From Takakia lepidozioides (taxonomy: Eukaryota > Plantae > Bryophyta), in NCBI GenBank assembly GCA_030704615.1, contig CM060731.1, positions 69,254,001-69,318,000 of the forward strand: a DNA stretch of 64,000 nucleotides, given 5' to 3'. Below the pieces are notes generated by a model, which was not told where the DNA came from, made no database searches, and worked only from the letters and a program-made list of their open reading frames with translations. Position numbers and translations under genes: made by a program. Position 1 is the stretch's first letter, and the number at the start of each line of letters is the position of its first letter. Positions 12,801-23,300 of the stretch are shown here, piece by piece.

Positions 12801-14933
12801 ATGGGGAGTCTGCCTATGGCTTGAGGAAATTAAGGAAGCTGGGGAATCTGTTTTACTCAGCCCAGATATGAGATGTTGAGGAGGTGACACAGTGAGCCAT
12901 CAGCCCACAAGGGTTGAGACACCAAAGTTTGTGACACAACTTGAAATGTCCAAGGTACAACCCTACCTTGGCAATCGAACTACCATCTTGTTAGTTCCAT
13001 GACAAATCAATTATCATGGGCTCCAGCTTCTGGGAAAGAGCCCAGCACAATATGTTGCACATACCTTAATTTTCTCCAACAGACATTCATCGAGGTTGGT
13101 ACACACGTCATACACTCAGCTTTTATGTGTTAATATGTGAGAATATATAGAAAGAAGAATGAATGGAGTTGAATACCGCCCCTAGGCAAGTGCATCGAAA
13201 AGTGACGTGGGAAGGTATCACCCACCATTGACAACAATGATGAAGATGGCATGCCAAAACTTCGGAATATCACGAGGGGGGGAGAAGGCAAGTGGTCGCC
13301 ACAGTGCATCCGCACTATACCACCAATACACTCCCATCACGTGAAACAACAGGGCTGAGCCAATTGCTACCAATATCAGCGTTCTTCTTTCATTCTGCAA
13401 CAAACAATATGAAATTCATGAAACAAACCGTGGCAACACATACAGTTATCAACACCCATCCGAAGGCCAGAACTTTACCTTCAATGCTGTCTGTTTTCGT
13501 AGTAGATCATTTGCTTTGATCAGTACTCCTGTGACCCAAAATGTTACAAGAAAACCTGAAAGATAGATATACAGATAATCAGTCACAAACGACCATACAA
13601 CAAATTCAATAGCTTCAACCTACATGAACATCACAAATTATAGGTCAAGATTTCAGCAAATGAGTACCAAAGAATTGAGAAGAACTGCAGACAGATCCAC
13701 CCATTCTCAATAAAAGCTGCGTGACTTATGTAGCAAAATTCTTCAATTCTAACTGCTAGCAGAGTTTGTAATTGATGCTACACACAACAAAACAGTCAAT
13801 GCTGGCATTATCCCAAGCACTGCTGGCACCCTTCTTCCAATGCCAAAATATTTACAATTCTAATTGGTGGGAACAGAGAGTCGTCAGTGGAGAACCAAAT
13901 GAGGCCCATGCTCGACACTGGTTAGGAAGACACCAATAGTAGACTAATTCCAAGCTTTCTCGTATCCCATAGCAGTACCAGCCTTAGCCGATAGTGGACT
14001 AATTCCAAGGCTTTCTCATGTCCCAGAGCAGTACCAGTCTTAGCCAATAGCTGCAACGCCTACCGATGGGGAAAGTTCTAGTTAATCATCCGCAGCGACT
14101 ATGGGTCACAATAGAATTCGGACGCGAAGGTTTTGTCAATGACCTCACGTGAGTTGAGGAAGTCACATCACCTTATGCAAAATATCACTGTTCACTATGA
14201 GTACATGGTGCCAACCAACCTATGGTTATGGGTAGATTGGCTTATCAAAGCTTCCCACTGATTGTTCCTCTGAATCTCGAAGTCTCCCTAGACTCCTGAC
14301 CATCCCATGAAAAGACACAGACAGCACATACATACTTCATGGCAGCAAATACAGACCTTGCAGATGTTGTCGAATGAAGACCATCAATAGCAAAATGGTG
14401 AAAGGCAAAGCCTGCTCAATCCATCTAGCCAGCTGCTGGAAGTCATACCGTTGTGACCCAGCCTCCCTCCCATTCCCAGCCCCAGTTTCTGACAACTCCT
14501 CCCTGTCCTCTGTGGACAAGATTGCGGCACCTGTACTGGTCTCGCTTCCTGTTATTCGCATTGGAAGAAGAGATGGCATAGCCTGTGAAGTGCTGGCAGA
14601 TGTATCACTGGCATTCCTCGGATGAGCAGTGTCGGGTGCAGCTGCAACCCTCACTTGCTCAGGTTCTCCAACTCCAAAAATCCTGATAGAGACCTCGGCT
14701 CCTCCATCCCCAATACGGTCAGTCTCACTACTCTGTCCAATTGCTCCAGCCGATGTGTGTCCTGAGTGTTCAATTTCTGTGTATTGGGACCTCCCCCGCA
14801 TTAGTCCTGTAAACTCAAGTAATGCAGAAAGTGGGGCCGGCAGGAAGTTTGCAGGCGTGAGTTGCATTCCATATCTTCTAGAACTGCTACTGATGCTGCG
14901 GTGGACTTCTGAGGGTGACCCCGAGTTCTCCAT
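9879..14933 (-). CDS. RING finger (C3HC4) and transmembrane domain-containing E3 ubiquitin ligase, RNFT1/RNFT2-like; 8 exons, ~454 aa
   Basis: Phase-consistent GT-AG exons (minus): 14933-14357, 13555-13479, 13394-13226, 12464-12376, 11646-11482, 11209-11132, 10371-10268, 9984-9879 (1365 nt). Protein MENSGSPS...[32 protein letters not shown], then TM segments, then [39 protein letters not shown]...[11 protein letters not shown]. Confidence 0.93.
11690..12219 (+). mobile_element. 3' fragment of a LINE (RTE-X/L2-like ORF2 C-terminus) in intron 4 of the RING gene
   Basis: [20 protein letters not shown] is a C-terminal CCHC finger of LINE ORF2. The 5' part (cctgaac.tgttt...tgtgacatgggggaggaca...aagggtctaccac) matches the LINE pieces at 33030-33096 and 33595-33630. 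Confidence 0.7.
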
Positions 14934-17346
14934 GGTTGAGTGCAACCCTGGCAACGAATTTGCTAGAATTCTCTATGGCATGTGAGGTGTTCAGATGCCT
15001 CCTGCTGCAGTGCAATACTGAGAAGAAAATTGGCCCAATTGGAACTGTCTACAACAGCTAGGGTTTCAACACCGATCTCCCTGTGATTTTCCACACATGT
15101 ATCCACAGCTACAACATGTCTCCCTTCTTCCAAAAGAAACCTTTACACCACAGCCTCAGCTTCTAATATATTCCAGTTGTATAGGACCAGAATTTCGGGG
15201 AACTCTTTGCCTGGGGTTCCAACATTGTTTGTAGACGATCTTAGCTACTCCTCAGGAATTTCGTCAAGTTACGTTCACTGATGATCTTCCATCTCTGTCC
15301 TTCCACAAACCCTGAATGCGCCCTAGAATGTTTGAAGCAAATCTCACGTGGCCTGGAATACGACATTGGACAACTCGATTAGCTAAGCTTTGGCATGCCT
15401 GATTCTCCACGACAATCCTCGGTAGGCGGATGATTCAACCACTCATTCTCGTCTACAGGCAGCAAAGCTTGAGCAAACGGATCATACACTGCAGGCAAAA
15501 GTCTTCGTAATCATCGTATTTTACAATCCACAGACACGCTACATATTACGCCGCTGATGATCCAACACGCGTTTCCAAAGCGTCCCTACCCGGAAAATGT
15601 GATGGACTACTCTTCACAAAATAATTGTTCTATGAAGACCTTCGTTTAAGGAGGATTACAAACCTGCAGCCTGGCATTAGGACAGCACGTAAGTAAGCCA
15701 CATTCAAGCAGTGGCTCTATGGTTTGATCCAATTTCAAACTAGCATACCAAACCCCAGCGCTAACACAGAGCGGCACTAACAACAGGTTCAAGACATGAA
15801 CCAAACTGCTCATAAAAAATCTAGATCTCAAGATCAAAAGACATACCATGCACCACAGCTACGCGGAGATGAAAGCTGCCTTAGCAAAGCGCAGTTGCTG
15901 GCGGAGCCACAATTCCTAACAATTGCAGGGGAATCCTCAACGCATGCGCAGGTTTATAATTAGCATACACCAAAGAACCAACGCTTCCAGCCTTCGAGTG
16001 ATCATATGCCTGCCAAGCCTATCAATAGAATACTCCCCAGCGTCTCAGCACTTCACCTGGCCAAGACGAGCGCTGACATGCAGCTCTAAGCCTTAGGAGC
16101 TCCCACCTCCCACCAGTCAACGGAGGTAGGTGCAGAATTTGCAAAGACTCAACAGTAACATCTCTCCAAGACGTGTTGGCAAGAAGCCGACCTCTTGCCC
16201 TTCAATCCACCATAGCTCAGAAACTGAGAGGAAAGCGCAAGAAAGAAGAAGGTGCATGAGGGCTGCCCCCGTTCCCTCCCTCCCATTGGCTCACACCCCT
16301 ACCACTACCCCTGCCACTGGGTCCCATTGGCTAATCACGACCCTCGCCGCTCACTCATTGGATCCCATTAACTCAACCCTATTCCAAGGGTCACACCTGC
16401 CTCAATTTTCCCGAACTTATTTGACCCTTTGCTGGTCAACCTGGATGAATAATGTTCATCCATCCAACCCAACGATAATGTCCGTGGGTACCAAATAACA
16501 AATTGTGTCAACCCCCCGACCCGGTCAGATCTGATCTCCTGCCCGTAGCTAACCCTAGGTAGGTTCGAGTGTGTCAGGAAAGTGTGTCAGAAATTATGGA
16601 GGCTGACCCACTCAGCCAGCCCGTAATGGCCTGGCATGGGCCCACCCAAAGATTCAGGCTGGATGACCCCGCCAAACAAAGGGCCGCTGTGAAATTGGAG
16701 GGGCAGCCCCAATAGGATTTCATTCATGTTTAAGGCCGACTGGACAGGTTTGGCAACAAAACTTAATGTTTTGACTTTATTTAATGACTATGTGCCCAGA
16801 GAAGCCCTAATGATAGGCAGGCAGTTGTGAATTTCATGTCGTTTAGAATTTTATTTTATTTTTAGAATTTTGAGAACTCGATACGCAGGAGTTGTGAAGT
16901 TAATAAGTTAAGTTTAGGGCCTTTACAGTGGTTGGTGAGCATATCCTGTCAGAAGAATGGTATATTCTAAGAATCTTCATGGAAAAACCCCTTCCTTGCA
17001 TGAGAAATCCATCTGGAGGAAAAAAAAGAAAAATCAGAACAAGGTTGAAGGGAAACTAATGTTTTTGGATTCTTATTTTAATCTCATAAACTCACTCAGT
17101 GTTTTTCCTTTTCACTTTTCCAATATCGCCACATGTGAATTCTACCGAGTGCCTATGTGGCAAGAATAACGAGGTGGGGAAAAGTTGCTATATAACAGGT
17201 GGCATGATTAATCGGGTCCACGTAGGAAAGATCCGGCTCCTGGTATTCATGTACTGGCACTATCTGAACGATTTTTTCGGCTCTTACCCCCAATTAATTC
17301 CACAAGGACTAGTTGAACCATTTTCCAGGTCGAAATTTTCACCAAC

Positions 17347-17650
17347 GGTCAGTAGTTCAGTTGGTTAGTGCACTGAGTGCCACCCAGATGATTCTGGGGT
17401 CGAATCCTGCTACTTGACGGGTGCGGTGACGGGTGTGGTATTCTCTTCTCCCCCTTCCCTGGGCGGTGTCCCACTTATACGCCTCCATGGCGCATAAATG
17501 AAAGAGGTTATTTTCTCCTCTCACTATCAAGGGGCCTGATTTTGGAGGCGCATAAATGAAAGAGGTTATTTTCTCCTCTCACTATCAAGGGGCCTGATTT
17601 GTGAGCTGTCGCTCCCAAGTGTTTCCCTTTAATAATAATAATAATAATAA
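17347..17650 (+). mobile_element. tRNA-derived SINE (family A) with an internal 58-bp tandem duplication and a (TAA)n tail
   Basis: A box TAGTTCAGTTGG (17353-17364), B-box-like GGTCGAATCC (17398-17407) and a TGCCAC anticodon-loop-like segment. Body has a 58-bp duplication (17489 and 17547) and a TAA-repeat tail at 17630-17650. Confidence 0.7.
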
Positions 17651-17940
17651 ATTCCAGGTTTTTCGCCAGGAAAAAAAAAGGCCCACTGAACTCAATATAT
17701 GTGGGTATATTTGGGTTCTCCGTACTCAGATCACCCGCCAATGAAATCCTGTCGTGATATTATGATATTTCAATTTTAATTTTAATTCCATAGATAGATC
17801 TCTTGGTTTCTTTGCTCCAATGGTTAGACTCTTGCTACCTGTCCTGGTTCCTCGCTCTAGAATCTCCCTCTGCTCTCTACCCTCCCCTTCGCAGGTCTCG
17901 CTTCCTTAGGTTCTCCGGCCTTCTGACAACCGGCATTACC

Positions 17941-18111
17941 ATGTAGCCCAATGGTAATGGGCACATACCACGTTGGATGTGGTTGTGGGTTCAAACCACG
18001 GTTTGATGTGTCATGAAGGTGTCCACCTTCCAGCTGGAAGGTAGTAGCCATTGTGGTCTAGAGACACCATAATTTACGCTCCCTTCGGGAGGCGTCTATA
18101 TATATATATAT
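17941..18111 (+). mobile_element. tRNA-derived SINE (family B) with a 3' hairpin and (TA)n tail
   Basis: A box TAGCCCAATGG, B box GGTTCAAACC, body tccaccttccagc...gagacaccataatttacgctcccttcgggaggcgtc, then (TA)n. A second copy lies at 42285-42428. Confidence 0.65.
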
Positions 18112-19079
18112 GCTCCGTCCTTCCCTTCTGTCCGCTTGGCTCTTCTGCCCTTGTAAGGGCTGCTCGGCCATTACGGTCTCTTCACCGCTCTAGGGTATTT
18201 TCCAGTGTTAAGAGATTATTATCTTTTGTAAGACCCGTTGGTTCGGGGTGTTGGTGGTGTGAGGTTGTGGACATACCCGCGCTGGAGACCAATAGTCATT
18301 TATTTAAGATGTTACATACCCCGGGGTTATCAATCAAGCCCATTATTGAATTTATTAGACAATATATCAATAACAATCAAACATGGATGATAACCTACTG
18401 TTATCAAACCGGGTTTAAGAAAATTCTTCAACCACTTTTTAAGAGCGCCCTCTCCATGTAAAATTTATACAAACTTATCAAAGTCATGAGGAATACTAAC
18501 TAACTAAATCAAAATATTATCTAATCACTAACTAATACTAATATTAATGTACTTATTTCGGTGGCTAGAGTTGTGAGGTTAGTTAGTATTCCTAAGTACT
18601 TTAAGTAGTTTGTATTTTTAAGATATGTGTGTGTAAATTTGGGCAATGTTCGACAACGTTTAAGTATTAGTATCACTTGCTGGTTTAATATGTTTTAAGG
18701 GGGTAGTAAATCCATGAAGCGATGGGGATAGGTTTCAAAATTAAGATGTGACATTTAATGTAGACGGCATTGAGTTCATGTGAAGAGCTACCCCTGGTTG
18801 CCAATAGTGGGCTGATTTGGGCCAGATTGAGTGTATGGAAGATCAACACGATTGTGCAAAAAATGGCAAAATGTTGCACAATGTTGTTGGCTTGGAAAAG
18901 TTTCAAGAGGACGGTTTATATTGCTAAGAAGATGAACGTCGACTACCAAGTGGAGGTTCAAGAAAGTACCTTGTACGGAGGAAAATTGATGAAGGTATTG
19001 TGCTGCATCCCTGCCTGTTGATAAAAGATGAAGTTAATTAGTGCATAACCAAACGAACAGAAAAGAAAAGAAAGTGGAG

Positions 19080-20230
19080 AAATGATATCGAATAGTACCG
19101 ATGTCGCCTTATTGGAAAGTCTCGCTGGCAGGCTTGGCATCCCAACGGACGTGTTTTGACGAGACCCCGGTATGTCCGAGGTATTCATTTTTTTCCTCGA
19201 GTCTGCTTTGTCTCTGACGAAGGACTTCTCTCCGGTGGAACCGATTTGTAGAAGAGATGGAAATGGTTTGGGGGCCCTATTCCGCTTCCTCGGTGCAGAA
19301 CATTGCACCAACACTGCAGGGTCGGGGAGCTGAGAAGTTGCAATTGAAGTTTCGTCCTTGTCCTTGTCGAAAGGGTTGCAGAGAAGGGGAACAAAATGGA
19401 AATTGTCCATTGAGCACTCCACATCCTGAATGGAATTCACACGTAATGAAGGGATTACCTCGGAACAAATTTCCAATGAAGACGTCGTTTGACAGGAAGG
19501 TCACAATCCGCAGATTTTCTGGCATGGAGTAAAACAAGAACATCAGACCCAGTACTAAGGAAAACAAAAGGACGAGTTAGAATTCAGATATAAGTAATTT
19601 TACCTGACTCCTTCTGATTTGGGCTGTCCAACCGTGCTGGGGAGATAAGGAGGGAAGAGAGGCAACAGTGTGCTGCGGAGCCGCAGCCTCAGCCGCGTCC
19701 TCAATGGATGACATTCTCGTGGTAGATTTCAGACCCTTGACACTTAACATGGAGGGTGAGGATTGTAGAGTGAGGTCCACGAAATCCCCTACACATTTGT
19801 CAAGTTGGCTTCCATCTTCGATATTCAATCCTATCCTAAGACAGAACATCATTTTCAGGAATGGACTGAAGAAGAGGGTCGTGCAATTGAAGGGAAGCCA
19901 AGTGCCTGGATGATGCTTCACCGTCGATGACAGAAATCTCAATAGTAGTATGAATGTTGTCCCTCTATTGACAAATTTCTTATATGAAGGATTCCAATGG
20001 AGGTCCCGACAAGAAGTTGGCATCAGCAACATCTCCATGAACCTGCAGAAACGAACTTACAAGGTCAATGTACAGACACAGGAAAACCTCCACTGCACAG
20101 TGGAGGTTGTCGGATTTGAAAAAACCCCCGAGACGAGTTTCGGAGAAGGCATGTATCTTAGAGGATCGGGATGGTATAGGGTGGAGAAACGCATGGATGA
20201 GACTAGGAGATAGCAAACAATTCCATGTCA
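19080..20230 (-). pseudogene. Degenerate low-complexity spliced exons downstream of (possibly part of) the ParB-MTase-NIF gene
   Basis: Short reading frames bounded by GT/AG-like sites (e.g. HCAVE|gttttc...ctgcag|VHGDVADANF; RRSQ|gtaaaa), with in-frame stops. No domain recognised. Confidence 0.3.
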
Positions 20231-20349
20231 ATTCAGATTGAAAAAGAAATCACAGTAGATAATAGTTTTTATATAAAAACAATACAACCTATAGAAAAAC
20301 CAATCAAAAATATACAATGAATCAAAGACGTGGTTGATCAATAAAATCT

Positions 20350-23300
20350 TTATTTTGAAGCATCGTATCGGAGATTCCCGTAATTAGAATCATCAACATA
20401 ATCCAAGAGAGGCTGAAACTTGGGATCGGTGGAAACATTCTGACAAGGCTTAAGTCCAATCCTCTTTTCCCTGAGATAACTGGAAACGGTGCGAGATTTC
20501 TTCATTTCAAGCAAATATTTCTGGAGAACCTTCTGGAGATAGCAAGAGTCCGTGTCAACGGATTCGAACGATTTTAGAATCAGACAGGATTCAGGCGGGT
20601 TCAACACACACTTAATAGCAGAATCGTCAATGAGTAGAGTGTTACTCCTATTGTACCACCAAATCTTTGCCAGACCGTCATCAATGGCTTCAAAAACAAA
20701 CTCGGTGGGTCATATCCTGATATAAATTGAGGGTGGACAGAAGTAGGCAGGAGATACAATCTTCTTGAGACATAACGAATGTCGGCTGATGAAGACCCCA
20801 AAGCATAAAGTCCAGGACAGGCTACAAGTTCTTGTACATCATGCAGCTCCATATACCTAGAAGGAAATGTTTGTTCAACTCTGTCCACATCTCACGATAT
20901 TTTTCCCGCCTATATATAAGTCGAAATCCAACAAGAACTGGTATCATGTAGTCTGTCTCGGACATTCGGGGGACATTGCAGCTCTTCTGATGCTTCAAGA
21001 CTTTGCACAAAACTCCATTCAGGTTAAAAATTATTAAGCGCAATCCTTTCGCAACTGGAGAAACTGGTGATGCAATCTATGAGAAATTCATACATCCACT
21101 TAGGTGATAATCAAGATAAACCAAGGACAGGATTGATGTTGGGAGCAACGTCCACTGGACAGTCGAGGTTCAGGAAAATCTAGAGCAGCCATCTACGTTT
21201 CAATCTGTTCCAAGGAAGCGTCAGGAAATTTTTGTTTTCTAAGATAAACCTGTCACTGCAAATCCCATAGCAAGAGGCATTTGACCTTTGGATCAGTATA
21301 AGGTCGACATCCTATGGGTTTTTCCACGTTGAATATATCAGTGTCTTTTCCCGATAACCGCAACTCTTCCAGGTGCGGTTTGAGTTCATCCAGAAGAAAC
21401 TTGTCCTTGTATGGGTCGACGAGCGCTTTATATTTTGGAAGGAAGATACCCATCGACTTTGGGTTCAAGTAGGACTTATACATATTTTCTACACGATAAT
21501 AAGTGTATTTGATTTGTACGCTACATTGTCGACTACAGTGAAAAGGTCGTAGAGACGTTTAAGATATATTGGCACTCTCGGATATTTGGGCCATTTGTCA
21601 CTGAAAGTCTGTCTATGCTTCACGCAGTTCTCATTGTTGAATTCCCTGATCTTGTAAAATCTTCTTCCAAACAAAGCCAGCCCGATATCCAGGACATTTT
21701 CTAACGGTCCAGTGTTCCAAAAGTAGACCTTAAAATGCTTAAGGACCCATTTCAGGAAGTCGTCCAATCCATTTCGGACTGCAAGCTTGAATTTTCCAGC
21801 GCACACACAAGGATGGGTTGCGGGAGGGGATCACGGGCCATCTCGGAGGTAAACCTCACCAAGGTAACCGACGTCAAGAACCAGGACGTAGTATCCTGGT
21901 CGACATCCTTTCGGTCCCTTAGAGAGGCGATACTAATCCTGTGGGTTCACAGATTTGTGATAGTCGACTGGAGGGTGAATCATATCATCCTGTGGAATAA
22001 CAAAACAATTAATTTATTTTGAAAACTAGAAGAAGGAAAAAAAAGAACATAGCTATGGTTATGAAGTGTGTACCCGTTTCGGGGAGGGATTCCGAATTTG
22101 TTGCTGTGGCTACTCGCTCTCTTTTCCTTCGCGCTGAGCAACGACCATCTCCGACCCATCTCCTCCATCTTGCAACGTCGACTGGGCAGTGGAGGTTGCG
22201 GATCAGGTGGGCTGACCCTTATTGTTAAGTCCACCAGCCTCCTCACTGTTTGAGTCGCGATGGGTTCTGTCCGGGTTTGTGTGATTTCCTCCAATTTCCG
22301 TTCATGGATCTATACGAATTTTCGTAACCGTCAGTCACATGTAAAGTGGAAGAAGGTTTGAAATATCAAGATACACATTAGATATTGGCAAAAACTCAAC
22401 AAGAACACAACCAGATGCAATACACACAATTTGTTCCATTTATAATACTTAGAGACACCGTAAATCTCCAGGTGTCATTCGTTACCTACATCCAAATTGA
22501 CATGCTGGGAGACACTTTGAGAGTAAGTTGGGCTCTGAGTTCGGCCTCTGCCTTCGCTGTTTTTTCCAGGAGACGGGCTTTTAGTCCGGGCTCTGTCACC
22601 ACTGTCCCGTTTTGCAGGAGACGGGCTCTTAGTCCTCGCTCTTTGTCCGCTGTCTTTTGTGGGACACGGGCTCTTTGACCTCGCTCTCTCTACCCTCTCT
22701 TTTGCGGGAGATGGGGACATTGGCGCAGGCTCGTCCCCATCTACAGGTTTGAACCAGTCTTCTGCACTCCCAACAATATTGTCGCCCACCTCGATTGAAC
22801 TAGCCTCCGCACCCCTTGAGGGTGAAGCACGATTACTCTTAGTTCTCTCGCTTGAACTCGACGAATCCACATCCAGAATCACGACCTTGTGGACCGCAAC
22901 GTCTTGCGTGATGTTCTCAAGTCCATCCAATGACTGAGTTCTGAAGTCCTGAATCACATTTAGGTGTCCAGCCTCCCAACGGTCTGCATTGTCTCCCGCA
23001 TGGCCCTCTTTGTCCTCGTTACCATCGATGCCCTTGTCCTCCTCTCCGTGTTCGGAATGTCCGCCTCCTTCTGCCAAGTCTTCATCTTCCTCCTCCTCAT
23101 CCTCATCATCGTCTCCGCCGTCAAACTCTTCAGCAACATCGTCATTCTCAATTTGAAGCTTCTTAAAATTCGCTTCAACTTTTCCTTTGCAATTTTTTAT
23201 TTTGGTTGAGTGGTTGATGTCAAGCACTCGAATGTTTCTTGCCTGCAGATAAACCCAGTCAGTAAAACAGAGGACATGTTCGATCAAAAATGTAAAAATT

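Noticed and set aside
13933-14050. ~54-bp tandem duplication in RING intron 1
   Set aside because: Ordinary two-copy local duplication; no spacers, so not CRISPR-like.
17347-17420. Functional tRNA-Gly gene
   Set aside because: Acceptor and anticodon stems do not pair properly and it continues into a body with a (TAA)n tail; better explained as a SINE head.
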